DNA of 64,000 nt from the IMG/VR virus record IMGVR_UViG_3300022602_000082; one strand, 5' to 3'. The notes under the pieces are model-generated. The model worked only from the letters and a program-made list of their open reading frames with translations, had not been told where the DNA came from and did not search any database. Shown one piece after another: positions 37,903 to 46,633 of this stretch. This stretch comes from an uncultured virus (IMG/VR IMGVR_UViG_3300022602_000082) (Duplodnaviria; Heunggongvirae; Uroviricota; Caudoviricetes). The position numbers and the translations under genes are program-made. Numbering within the stretch: the first letter of the stretch is position 1; the number at the start of each line of letters is the position of its first letter.

Positions 37903-38503
37903 ACCATTCCTTAAAGTATTCTAGTCTATTCTGTTTAATCCACTCTTTTGGGCCATCTATTAGCTTTTGAAAGTCTCGGCCAATAGACTGTGAACCTACA
38001 TGATGCACATAAGACCTTGAAATAAAGTTCAAATAACCTGCTTTTATGAGGTCTTTACACATCACATCGTCAGAAAACCAATTGATAGGTGGAAACTTAG
38101 CTTGTGCAAATGTTTCTTTGTTGATGTAAGCAAACAAAGGAGAAATAATGTTGCATTGAAGAATATTCTGTTCAGGTTGATGGGCTATGCTTTGGTGTGG
38201 TCTAACCCAATCGGAACGTGCAGCAACAAACCCCAAATTACGGGGGTGTCGGTTTTTTAAAAAAGCTACATCCTCAAGCAATAAGTTATAAGAGTCAGGA
38301 TTGAGGACTATATCGTCATTAGCAATAATGATTTCGTCATATTCTCTAAATGCCAACTCCATGACTGCGTTATAGTCATCCCCAAAGTTTCCCATAAACC
38401 CTTCAAATATCATTAAATTGACATCAGGGTTATAGATTCTGACGGAAGTTTGCATCACCGATAAGCTACGAGAGCCTACGGTACACACCACAATAGGTAT
38501 CAT
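37883..38503 (-). CDS. GT2-like glycosyltransferase
   Basis: IANDDIVL, FSDD..C, YVHHVGSQS motifs. Confidence 0.75.
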   Translation of the reverse strand: MIPIVVCTVGSRSLSVMQTSVRIYNPDVNLMIFEGFMGNFGDDYNAVMELAFREYDEIIIANDDIVLNPDSYNLLLEDVAFLKNRHPRNLGFVAARSDWVRPHQSIAHQPEQNILQCNIISPLFAYINKETFAQAKFPPINWFSDDVMCKDLIKAGYLNFISRSYVHHVGSQSIGRDFQKLIDGPKEWIKQNRLEYFKEWYGQETP

Positions 38504-38505
38504 AA

Positions 38506-38745
38506 TTATTGGGTGACAATAGGGCTAGGCTTAGGCTCTGCTGGCTTTAACCATTCTTGGCGTTGCTTTAGGAATTCTTTAGCAAAGGCAAATCCAATAG
38601 CAGTCATCTGTTCCATTGGTTTTTCTAATTGTTTGCCTAGGTCACTTGATACCATAGCCTCGATAACGGCTAGGGCTACCATGTCAGACATCATTGCTGC
38701 TTCCATAGGGAAGTCTTTAATACTGTCGGCTTGTTTCTCGCTCAT
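38506..38745 (-). CDS. Hypothetical protein
   Basis: Coupled ORF in the minus-strand operon. Confidence 0.6.
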   Translation of the reverse strand: MSEKQADSIKDFPMEAAMMSDMVALAVIEAMVSSDLGKQLEKPMEQMTAIGFAFAKEFLKQRQEWLKPAEPKPSPIVTQ

Positions 38746-38939
38746 TTCTTTTTCCTTTTCTCTAACTTACGTTCGTCAATACACGGAACTACATACTTAC
38801 TAGGGTCAGGCTTTTTACCGATACGGTAATCATTTTCTTCTGCATAAATTACTTTAATCTTCGGGAAGACCGTCCTGAAGTAATCCACTACTTTTGCCGT
38901 CTCTGGCATAAGAAGACGATTTTTGCTCTTGCTGTCCAT
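38742..38939 (-). CDS. Hypothetical protein
   Basis: Coupled ORF in the minus-strand operon. Confidence 0.6.
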   Translation of the reverse strand: MDSKSKNRLLMPETAKVVDYFRTVFPKIKVIYAEENDYRIGKKPDPSKYVVPCIDERKLEKRKKK

Positions 38940-39042
38940 ATCTCAACTCAATAATTCTAGCTATCTCATCACCACGCAAATAGGAATTCCTATAAGTGGA
39001 CTTGAACATCGTAATTACTGCTTCAATATCAATGTAAACCAT
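38854..39042 (-). CDS. Hypothetical protein
   Basis: Overlaps the primase end; AAGGA/AAG RBS-like sequence upstream. Confidence 0.45.
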   Translation of the reverse strand: MVYIDIEAVITMFKSTYRNSYLRGDEIARIIELRYGQQEQKSSSYARDGKSSGLLQDGLPED

Positions 39043-39844
39043 TCTTACTTATCCTTAACTTATTCTTTTCCATTGTTGGTTGGTAATTCATCATACTTTT
39101 AGCTATGGTAAATACTTCTATATTGCTCATTGGAGGTTCACATCTTGCAAGGTTTTCTTCTACCAAGCAAGCAAGAATGGCTTTAAATGAAACCCCTCTA
39201 GTCCTCAATGCCCCACCTATACTACACAGATACGAACTTCGCAATCCTTCCATGATTTTTTCGGAGGCGAATTCAAGCTCTTTATCTTTGTTAAGTAATT
39301 GTAATACCCAAGCTGGAGCTTTGACAATCGGACACTCTGAAGGGTCGCTGCTTGCTTCCCATTCATAAGTTCCCATAAGTCCTTTTGAAGGTGCGGCAAC
39401 GATGTATCCACCATCACCACGAGTATCAATACCCCTGCCCAACTTACCAGCAGTAGTCCTAAACCCTTGCTCATACTGAAAAATGATGTGACGACCTGAA
39501 GACTGCGTAATTGCTTCAACTGTGTCAGGAATCTTGCCGTATTTATGTGTAAGCTCATCTAATGAATCTCCCCCTCCATGTTTTGGGTCAATGTCGATGA
39601 CACCGATGCCCGAAATAGCCCCTGTTGCAATACCTATGTTGGCTTTTGGCCAATGTTTAAACCATGTGTTAATTGTATCTAAATCTGTACTAGCAGCTTT
39701 TAATCCATTCATTGTTTGTGGATGTTTTCCTGCGCTAGTGCATCCTACCTTACCACAAGTACATTTACCATCAATGACAGAATGTAATGGAAGTACGTGC
39801 CATCCTCGTTCTGCATACTCTACTGCATGGTCTACTGCTTTCAT
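39029..39844 (-). CDS. Bifunctional primase-polymerase (Prim-Pol) with PriCT-like C-terminus
   Basis: GWHVLPL, CTCG..C..GKHP, NIGIATG..IDID..HGG, GIDTRGDGGYIVAAPS; N.ARCEPP. Confidence 0.85.
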   Translation of the reverse strand: MKAVDHAVEYAERGWHVLPLHSVIDGKCTCGKVGCTSAGKHPQTMNGLKAASTDLDTINTWFKHWPKANIGIATGAISGIGVIDIDPKHGGGDSLDELTHKYGKIPDTVEAITQSSGRHIIFQYEQGFRTTAGKLGRGIDTRGDGGYIVAAPSKGLMGTYEWEASSDPSECPIVKAPAWVLQLLNKDKELEFASEKIMEGLRSSYLCSIGGALRTRGVSFKAILACLVEENLARCEPPMSNIEVFTIAKSMMNYQPTMEKNKLRISKNGLH

Positions 39845-39872
39845 TCGTTCATGCCTTCATGCGTTAATGCGT

Positions 39873-41321
39873 TCATGCCCGTTTAGCTCCGTGTCTAAAT
39901 GCAATCATGCGTGATTTAATATAATTAAGTGTGTCAAGTGAAGGTATGCGTGGAACATCATTGAGTCCCTTAGGCCATACTCCACATTTATTACGATACA
40001 TCTGCGCTGCAAATCCTCTTTTATACCCTTTTTCTACTTCAACATAGAGAAGCTCTGAATAGAGGTTTTGCTTGTCTTCCATTGTGACTTTCTTCCTGGT
40101 AACCTCCAGTAAGTCCCCCTCCTGGACATCAATACCCGCATCTTTCTTTTTCGGAACAAATCCGCAACATGGACACGAATACTCGTGCTTTTTCCTGACA
40201 AAAGCGCATGACGGGCAGATGCGCCCTTTCTCTTCCTGTACCTTCGTAGTTCTCTCCACCTTCCTTTTAGTGCCATCATCTAATTCCTGTGGTAATTCAT
40301 CTGTTACAAAACCATGTGATTGAGTGTTTCCTGCATGGTCTAAAATTATTGCATCTTCTTTACTAGAGTGTGGACGTAACACACGCCCTGCTTGTTGTAT
40401 ATACAACATGAGGGACTTGGTAGGTCGTGCCATAATAAGGCATGATGCTTCAGGATAATCAAACCCTTTGTCTAGAATGCCTACGTTAAATAATACTTTG
40501 ATATATCCCTCTTTAAAACTTTTGACTGTCTCTTCACGTTCTTTCTTTGGCATATATGCGTCAATATGGGCTGCACGGATACCACGGTCTTTAAATTGCT
40601 CGCATAACGCCTGACTATGGAGAACGTTGACAGCGAAGCCAATTGTTGGGCGGTTCTCTCCTCGCTTTATCCAAGTATCTACAATGTCTGCGACGAGTTT
40701 TGGTTTATTGACACGGGCAAACAACTCCTTTTCGTCATAATCGCCCCCTATCATCCTGATTTTGGTAAGGTCTGGCTTACTTGGAGCAAAGACTTTAACG
40801 GGGACGAGGTAACCTTCGTCTGTCAATTTGGATGTAGTGGCACCTATCACTAGGTTGCTATACATTTTTCCCAGTCCTTTAGTAAATGGGGTAGCAGACA
40901 GGCCAATAAATACGGTGTTTGGCATTGCTTCCATCATTTTACGGTGGACGTTATAGGCTACATGGCACTCGTCAATAATGACTAAATCTGCAGGAGGAGT
41001 AGCTCTACGAGCCAATGTTTGAGGACTACATACTTGATTAATAGAATGAGGCTTATAACGAGGGTTATCCGCCATAATAATTCCGTGGTCAATACCCTCA
41101 TAGTCAAGTCTCCTTGATGTTTGTTCAACAAGTTCAATGCGGTCAGCAAGGAATAAACATTTCTTACCTTTTTCATTTGCTTTCCTAATCATTTCAGATG
41201 CAATTGTGGTTTTCCCACCGCCTGTCGCCAGTTGTAGAACTATGCGCTTGTGGCCTTTGAGAATAGCTTTTCTAAGGTCGTTGATGGAATCGACCTGATA
41301 CTGCCGTAAATTGTTCTTCAT
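39873..41321 (-). CDS. SF2 DExH helicase with C-terminal Zn finger
   Basis: LATGGGKT, DECH, SATP, QQAGRVLR motifs; CPSC..CPCCG. Confidence 0.9.
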   Translation of the reverse strand: MKNNLRQYQVDSINDLRKAILKGHKRIVLQLATGGGKTTIASEMIRKANEKGKKCLFLADRIELVEQTSRRLDYEGIDHGIIMADNPRYKPHSINQVCSPQTLARRATPPADLVIIDECHVAYNVHRKMMEAMPNTVFIGLSATPFTKGLGKMYSNLVIGATTSKLTDEGYLVPVKVFAPSKPDLTKIRMIGGDYDEKELFARVNKPKLVADIVDTWIKRGENRPTIGFAVNVLHSQALCEQFKDRGIRAAHIDAYMPKKEREETVKSFKEGYIKVLFNVGILDKGFDYPEASCLIMARPTKSLMLYIQQAGRVLRPHSSKEDAIILDHAGNTQSHGFVTDELPQELDDGTKRKVERTTKVQEEKGRICPSCAFVRKKHEYSCPCCGFVPKKKDAGIDVQEGDLLEVTRKKVTMEDKQNLYSELLYVEVEKGYKRGFAAQMYRNKCGVWPKGLNDVPRIPSLDTLNYIKSRMIAFRHGAKRA

Positions 41322-41380
41322 AATTCCTATTATCCGCTTACTGCAAATTACTGCTAGATAGGGAATTCCCTAATGAAAAT

Positions 41381-41563
41381 CTATTGACTTTTTGAGTATT
41401 GCTTGCATAAAGCTAAAATTTCTGGAGACATCCAGTTTACAAATGGCGTGTAATCCATATCGTAAGTTATGTACCATTTGTTGTACACACTGTCCCACAA
41501 AGCACCTAAATTATTAACAATTTCAGCGTCTTCTTTTGTTGGTTGTAAGAAAAGTGTTTGCAT
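41381..41563 (-). CDS. Small protein, DUF5710-like
   Basis: LGALWD...KWYI pattern. Confidence 0.5.
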   Translation of the reverse strand: MQTLFLQPTKEDAEIVNNLGALWDSVYNKWYITYDMDYTPFVNWMSPEILALCKQYSKSQ

Positions 41564-41598
41564 ATCTTATTTTAACTTAAAAAAAAGTAAGAAAAAGT

Positions 41599-41970
41599 TT
41601 CCCGAACGGGAAGAATTGATAAAAAAGTGTGCAAAAGTAAAAAAATATTCCCGAACGGGGCATTTTGTAAAATTATGTAAAAAAGATAAACCTACATAAC
41701 ATTCCTATAATATTAAATGACTTTTTAATAAGGCTTTAATTTATTTAAGGACTCTTTAATAAGTCTTTAACTTTACAATGCTGTCTTTATAACTTTACAA
41801 TCCGTCAAAATAACTTTACAAATACCGACAATATGTATACTTTTTGCTGATTTTTATACTTATAGGTATCAATGTATATACAAAATATATACCTTTTAAC
41901 ATCAAATTAGTAACTTATATGTTACTCATAGGTATTAAATAAGAATCATTCTCATGTAAATTTCATGCAA
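41599..41970. promoter_or_regulatory. AT-rich array of palindromic and direct-repeat operator-like sites
   Basis: TTCCCGAACGGG x2, TAACTTTACAA x3, TTTAA-N6-TTTAA x2, TGTATATACA, GTAAC-N6-GTTAC, Fur-like AATAAGAATCATTCTCATG. Confidence 0.55.
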
Positions 41971-42006
41971 AAAATGGTCTTTTTTGATTATTTATACTAT
42001 TTGTTA

Positions 42007-42210
42007 CGGGGATACTTAGTTAGATTTCGAGACACCTAGCCTCCTAGATGTCCCTTCAAACGGTCTACTCAGTTGAGTTTCTCGTCACCCGCCAGTCGTT
42101 CGTTGAATCGGCACTAGCTTCGCCACCGATTTGTGTGCTGTTACATCAACTATCCCCCAGTAGCACTTGTATCCTAGACGCTGGTGTTTTTAGCCGTCCA
42201 TCTAAGACCG
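42007..42210 (-). ncRNA. Multi-hairpin structured non-coding element
   Basis: At least five hairpins; mismatches on the plus strand become G-U pairs on the minus strand. Confidence 0.5.
42084..42210. repeat. 127-bp exact direct repeat, copy 2
   Basis: Identical to 1-127. Confidence 0.95.
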
Positions 42211-42216
42211 CCAGAG

Positions 42217-42345
42217 AATGAAAAAAGCCCCATTCAACTGGACTGGAGCGTGGAAAGTTGTAGTAATAGCATTTTGGTACTATGATTTTCCAGCCCATGT
42301 GAATGGAGCCTTACAACCATCACTACAATGACTTTCCACGGTCAT
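42217..42345 (-). ncRNA. C4-like antisense/attenuator RNA candidate, allele B
   Basis: GCTCCATTCA..TGGGCTGGA / TCCAGTCCA..TGAATGGGGC stem plus U6; loop ACTACAACTTTCCACG complementary to leader CGTGGAAAGT..TTGTAGT. Confidence 0.6.
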
Positions 42346-42371
42346 GTAGGAATGGTAGCACAACTTTTTAT

Positions 42372-42584
42372 TTATTCCAACTGGGTAAAGAAAGATTTAT
42401 ACGGAACGCCATACTTCTTATGTAAAAGAATCTTATATTCGTCTGGAATAGCCTTTACCTTGTTCCAATGGAATATCCGTTGTTGGCTAACTCCCAAGGC
42501 TTTTGCCGAGGCATTTAACGAACCGTGTTTTTTTACAACATAAATAAGTGGTAAATAAAACCTATCTGTAGTACCTGTTGTCAT
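42372..42584 (-). CDS. Cro/YdaS-like HTH regulator
   Basis: Identical to 297-509 apart from the extreme N-terminus. Confidence 0.75.
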   Translation of the reverse strand: MTTGTTDRFYLPLIYVVKKHGSLNASAKALGVSQQRIFHWNKVKAIPDEYKILLHKKYGVPYKSFFTQLE

Positions 42585-42691
42585 ATTTTCTCCTATATCT
42601 AGTGGCTAAAGTATAAACTAAAAATATATTTGCACAAGTTTTATTTGTAGTGATATAGTTGAATCTCGTTAACACGAAAGGGGAAGTAAAA

Positions 42692-42976
42692 ATGGAAACA
42701 TGGATGAATGCAGCATACGATGGTGAAGATGAAGAAATCTACATTGAGGAGCGTGTTCCTGAGTTGATGACAACAAAGGACTATGACCCTAGTGATACAA
42801 GCCACATGGCAGAGGCAATCTCTGAAGCATCTAAGGATGACCAAGAGATTATTCGTGACTACATTGAGCAACGAGACTGGGCTAAGTTAGGACAAAAGCT
42901 GTACGTAATGTCGTACAACTACATGGAACACTTTGCTCAAATGGAAGCTCAAAGGGAAGTGAGCAATGGACTATGA
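42692..42976 (+). CDS. Acidic hypothetical protein
   Basis: Homologue of 615-908. Confidence 0.8.
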   Translation: METWMNAAYDGEDEEIYIEERVPELMTTKDYDPSDTSHMAEAISEASKDDQEIIRDYIEQRDWAKLGQKLYVMSYNYMEHFAQMEAQREVSNGL

Positions 42977-43167
42977 ACGCAAATGAACTAGCTGATTTAA
43001 AGGAGTTTGAAAAGATGCTTTCTGTTGGGTATTTACCAGCAGTTAAACAAGCTATTGAAATGCTACGCCAACAACAAGCTGAAATAGAAGCGTTAAAAAT
43101 GGAAATACATTCTTTGACTTATGGCAAAAGACTTGCAGAATACTTGAAAAAGGCACAAAAGAAATGA
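42973..43167 (+). CDS. Small accessory protein ending KAQKK
   Basis: ATGA-coupled; MLRQQQAEIEALK motif. Confidence 0.7.
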   Translation: MNANELADLKEFEKMLSVGYLPAVKQAIEMLRQQQAEIEALKMEIHSLTYGKRLAEYLKKAQKK

Positions 43168-43502
43168 CCAAAAGCAACCAATCTTCATTAGATATTGCAG
43201 ACCATTTGGGTAGAGGTGAATACGACTGGTGTCCAGAGGCAGAAACACGGTTAAAGGAACAACATGACCGCATAAAAGAATTGGAAAAACTTGTAAATCA
43301 AAGATTTGATGATGGCAAACGACTTGGAATTATTGAAACTGAAAATAGGCTTTTAAAAGCAAAGACACTAACAGATGAGGAAATAGATATTGCTTTGTAT
43401 GTGTCAGACATAACCTTGGATAATCTTAGTGATGGTGATATTTCAATGGAAAGAATTAAAGCATTTGTTAGGACAATACTAAGAAAGGCACAGGAGATAT
43501 GA
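43164..43502 (+). CDS. Accessory protein ending LTDEEI...ILRKAQEI
   Basis: ATGA-coupled; C-terminal motif shared with 905-1126. Confidence 0.7.
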   Translation: MTKSNQSSLDIADHLGRGEYDWCPEAETRLKEQHDRIKELEKLVNQRFDDGKRLGIIETENRLLKAKTLTDEEIDIALYVSDITLDNLSDGDISMERIKAFVRTILRKAQEI

Positions 43503-43732
43503 CTGAGAGCCAAAAAGCAATTTTAAATCTTCTTAAAGATAAAGATATGACTTTAGAAGATATGGCAGTAGAACTTCATTCTTGTACTAGCAAAATGAGG
43601 AAGATTGTTAATAACATGGAAAAAAGTAAGTGGATTGAAAAAGACGAAGATACAGATTTATATACAATTTTGATTGACTATGCACCAAGCGTTGAATGGT
43701 CTTTCAAAGAAATTTTAGGAGCCTGGAAATGA
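43499..43732 (+). CDS. Winged-HTH-like protein, unit B only
   Basis: ILNLLK..MTLEDMAVELH...MRKIV..MEK..WIEK pattern. Confidence 0.6.
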   Translation: MTESQKAILNLLKDKDMTLEDMAVELHSCTSKMRKIVNNMEKSKWIEKDEDTDLYTILIDYAPSVEWSFKEILGAWK

Positions 43733-43890
43733 AAGTATTATCAACTTGGAAGTTTTGGATTGTTGTAGCTTTTATGGCTACAATCGTTGCCAAATGTCAC
43801 CCTGTGTACGCACAGACTACTCAAATCATTACACCTGATGGTAAGTTAATCACTTGTATAACTAATGGACAGTTAATAACCTGCTTCTAA
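43729..43890 (+). CDS. Small secreted protein
   Basis: Signal peptide then QTTQIITPDGKLITC; homologue of 1296-1439. Confidence 0.7.
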   Translation: MKVLSTWKFWIVVAFMATIVAKCHPVYAQTTQIITPDGKLITCITNGQLITCF

Positions 43891-43891
43891 T

Positions 43892-44110
43892 ATGACTACA
43901 TGGACACTACAAGATTTAGATTTATCAAACTACGAACCAGCAAGAAAGGCATTATCCAATGAAGAAATTGACGTTATCGGATTTAATCTTAACTATCCGT
44001 TCTCTATTCGAAAAATTGCTCGGGCCATCGAAATCGCCCACGGAATTGTCGAGGAGAACAGTATCCAAACCAACACTAACACCAAGGAAGATACCAATGA
44101 AAACAGTTAA
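43892..44110 (+). CDS. Hypothetical protein
   Basis: Homologue of 1441-1638. Confidence 0.7.
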   Translation: MTTWTLQDLDLSNYEPARKALSNEEIDVIGFNLNYPFSIRKIARAIEIAHGIVEENSIQTNTNTKEDTNENS

Positions 44111-44330
44111 AGTACCCGCTATTAAAAAGACAGACGGAAAGATTGTAAAAGCGAAATCTAAAAAGGAGAGCCACGATGACCTTAATACGGAAGGCAAAAG
44201 AGGTTTTATACTTTCAGATGGCAAGTTCGCTGGCAGGGAAGAGGCAGCTACAGTTGCTAAAAAAGCCAAACAAGTTCCTAAGACTATTAAAAAACTTCAC
44301 TCCGAAGATTTGCGGAAGAAAAAGAAATGA
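44097..44330 (+). CDS. Lys-rich small protein
   Basis: Homologue of 1628-1867. Confidence 0.7.
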   Translation: MKTVKVPAIKKTDGKIVKAKSKKESHDDLNTEGKRGFILSDGKFAGREEAATVAKKAKQVPKTIKKLHSEDLRKKKK

Positions 44331-44426
44331 AATTTACTAACACAGAAGGGTTGCTCATTGTAATCCTATGCGTTACATCCGTTGTGGATACCGTAGTTAA
44401 CATATTGACATATATCAGGGGGTGAT

Positions 44427-44648
44427 ATGGGAGAAATTATTGAGTTTCCAGAAGGCACTGTAGGGGATGTTCCAATAGATTCAGTACTTGAGGGAGCTAA
44501 GGTATTACAGATGGTCTGCATTATGGGTTACACAACAGAGGGTAATGAATACTTTGCCAGTAGCTGTGGTGACATTAAAGAAATCAATTGGTTATTAGAT
44601 AGATATAAAAACTTTTTACAAGGAGTTGCAGATGAAGGAATGGAATGA
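44427..44648 (+). CDS. Hypothetical protein
   Basis: Homologue of 2083-2304. Confidence 0.75.
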   Translation: MGEIIEFPEGTVGDVPIDSVLEGAKVLQMVCIMGYTTEGNEYFASSCGDIKEINWLLDRYKNFLQGVADEGME

Positions 44649-45129
44649 AGTAGAAGCATTTAAGGATTGGTGGATTGCTGCAGGATGTCCTATTAGACCT
44701 CCGTTTGAATACCCAATTCATATTACGGATATGGCATACGCTTTGACTGTATATCGTAAGGGACAGTATCAAGTTGAGTTATACATTTGTAAACCCAATA
44801 CAGAAACTCAAGTTCACGCTCATCCAGGTATTGAGTCATTGTCAGTTTATTTAACAGGTAATCTGTCTTTTGCTACGAATGGTGCTCCATTCCCCGACTT
44901 ATCTCAATATCAAAAAGAAGGTGCAAACGGAACACATTTGTTATTGGGTAAATCATTGGAATCAATCAATGGTACCCCCCATGCACTAAAGGTAAATCAA
45001 GAAGGTGGTTCATTTCTATTATTTCAAAGATGGGCTAACAAGAAGCCACGCTCAGTAGCAGTTGAATATGATGGAGTAACACTAGGCCATAAACACGACA
45101 AACAAATTGAGGTTGCAAATGTGGAATAA
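44632..45129 (+). CDS. Cupin-fold protein, paralogue 1
   Basis: Homologue of 2288-2785. Confidence 0.65.
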   Translation: MKEWNEVEAFKDWWIAAGCPIRPPFEYPIHITDMAYALTVYRKGQYQVELYICKPNTETQVHAHPGIESLSVYLTGNLSFATNGAPFPDLSQYQKEGANGTHLLLGKSLESINGTPHALKVNQEGGSFLLFQRWANKKPRSVAVEYDGVTLGHKHDKQIEVANVE

Positions 45130-45610
45130 CGTTCAAGAATTCAGAGATTGGTATATGAGTAGTGGTATGCCATTAAGACCACCATTTAAGAATCCAGTAT
45201 TTCATACTGACAATGCAATGTCATTGTGTATGTTTAGAGAGGGGCGATTTCAAGTTGAGTTGTATTTGACTGAGCCATATAGCACTACTCCACCACATAC
45301 TCATCCTGGAGTAGAGTCTGCATTTGTTTATTTGGCAGGGAACATTCAATTCTATCTTGAAGGTAGGGATAACCCTGATGTTCAACAATGGCAAAAATCA
45401 AATGAAAATGGTAATCATTTTTTACTTGGAACCACTGTTGATTCTCCTGATATGACGCCTCATTGGTTAAATATTGGGCCTGAAGGTGGGGCATTCCTTA
45501 GTTTTGAATATTGGAAGAATGAAGACCCTGTTTCAGTAACAGTGAACTGGCAAGGACAAACGGTTGGAACAGAGCACGATAAAACTATAGAGAGTGTAAA
45601 ACATGAGTAA
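45119..45610 (+). CDS. Cupin-fold protein, paralogue 2
   Basis: Homologue of the N-terminal part of 2775-3416. Confidence 0.65.
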   Translation: MWNNVQEFRDWYMSSGMPLRPPFKNPVFHTDNAMSLCMFREGRFQVELYLTEPYSTTPPHTHPGVESAFVYLAGNIQFYLEGRDNPDVQQWQKSNENGNHFLLGTTVDSPDMTPHWLNIGPEGGAFLSFEYWKNEDPVSVTVNWQGQTVGTEHDKTIESVKHE

Positions 45611-45776
45611 AGTACAAGAGTATTACGAAGATTGGTGTGAAGAATGGAAACCTGCCGTTAAGGGACAGAATCATCCAACCAGTTATGAAGGATTTGAGGC
45701 AGGATGGATGGCTGCTATTGAAATAATGTTAGAAAAGTTGGAAACTTCTAGGTTCAATGGAAAAGTTACTGGATGA
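45603..45776 (+). CDS. Small protein (MSKVQEYYEDWCEEWKP...)
   Basis: Homologous to the C-terminal part of 2775-3416. Confidence 0.65.
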   Translation: MSKVQEYYEDWCEEWKPAVKGQNHPTSYEGFEAGWMAAIEIMLEKLETSRFNGKVTG

Positions 45777-45880
45777 AGAAATAAGGGATATATGGTTCTC
45801 TAAGCTCATGGTTTGGAAAAAGCCTACAGAACTAGATATGCGGTTTGCAAGAGAGTTAGAGAAATATTTAAGGGAGAAGT

Positions 45881-46264
45881 ATGATTCCAGCAATGAGAAA
45901 CGCAAGAGCGACCCATGTTGATTTTGGGTTCTTGAGGGGGGTAATAGGTAGTAACCCTAACTTTATGCCATCTAATATAGATATGGTACTAGAGCGTAAA
46001 GGGAGCTTTCTATTTGGGGAGTGGAAACGTGAAGATGAGGAAATAAAACAAGGGCAAAAGATTCTATTAAAAGAACTAGCCTGGATACATCGTGTATTAT
46101 TGATTACGGGTTATGTGGACGATGCTCCTCATATCACGTTGATTCAAGAGGTTCTCCCTGCAACGGGGAATCTTAAAGTAGTGGGGAAGTCTGTTGCAGA
46201 TTTAATGAAGTATATCCAAGACTGGTATAAAAATGCGGAGGAAGAAAATGCAAGAACATTATGA
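45881..46264 (+). CDS. PD-(D/E)XK-fold nuclease-like protein
   Basis: Homologue of 3567-3938. Confidence 0.55.
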   Translation: MIPAMRNARATHVDFGFLRGVIGSNPNFMPSNIDMVLERKGSFLFGEWKREDEEIKQGQKILLKELAWIHRVLLITGYVDDAPHITLIQEVLPATGNLKVVGKSVADLMKYIQDWYKNAEEENARTL

Positions 46265-46418
46265 AACAGTACAAAGAGAGCAAGAGCAGTTAGAAGTACG
46301 CCTTCAAGACTATCTGTATCAGAAAGAGCGTCTTGAATGGCAGTTAATGTCGGTAACAAACGATATTGAAAAAATCAAAGAAGTCATTGAACAATTAGAA
46401 AAGGAATTAGGAAAATGA
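46248..46418 (+). CDS. Small coiled-coil protein
   Basis: Homologue of 4143-4331. Confidence 0.6.
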   Translation: MQEHYETVQREQEQLEVRLQDYLYQKERLEWQLMSVTNDIEKIKEVIEQLEKELGK

Positions 46419-46471
46419 GCTTAACAGTCAACGCAGGTAACGGTGGTGGTGGTGATTATGTCTTGCGTTGA
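46415..46471 (+). pseudogene. Stranded 5' remnant of the SSB-like gene
   Basis: Encodes MSLTVNAGNGGGGD, identical to the start of 4315-4932, then YVLR-stop. Confidence 0.75.
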
Positions 46472-46633
46472 GCAAATTGTTTTATTGTTTAGCTTACCAT
46501 GTGGTTTTATTGCTTGGTCAGCTATTTGCTATGAACTTGGCAAAAGAAGTAAATAACAATGTATAATGGCAAAAGGCCTAGGAATTACGAGTTCACTAGG
46601 CCTTTCTAACCATCATTGCAAAGGACTACAACA

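Larger units (their letters stand above)
1..42083. mobile_element. Phage genome unit A, apparently complete and circularly permuted (~42.1 kb, podovirus-like)
   Basis: Full set of packaging, head, tail, lysis and replication genes; sequence at 42084 restarts with bases 1-127. Confidence 0.9.

Noticed and set aside
41599..41830. Short repeats as a mini-CRISPR array
   Set aside because: Repeats are only 11-14 bp, of several different types, with spacers too short and irregular.
1..42083. tRNA genes, integrase/att sites, alternative genetic code
   Set aside because: No cloverleaf with T/D-loop consensus and no integrase motifs were recognised by eye; standard-code ORFs tile the genome densely.
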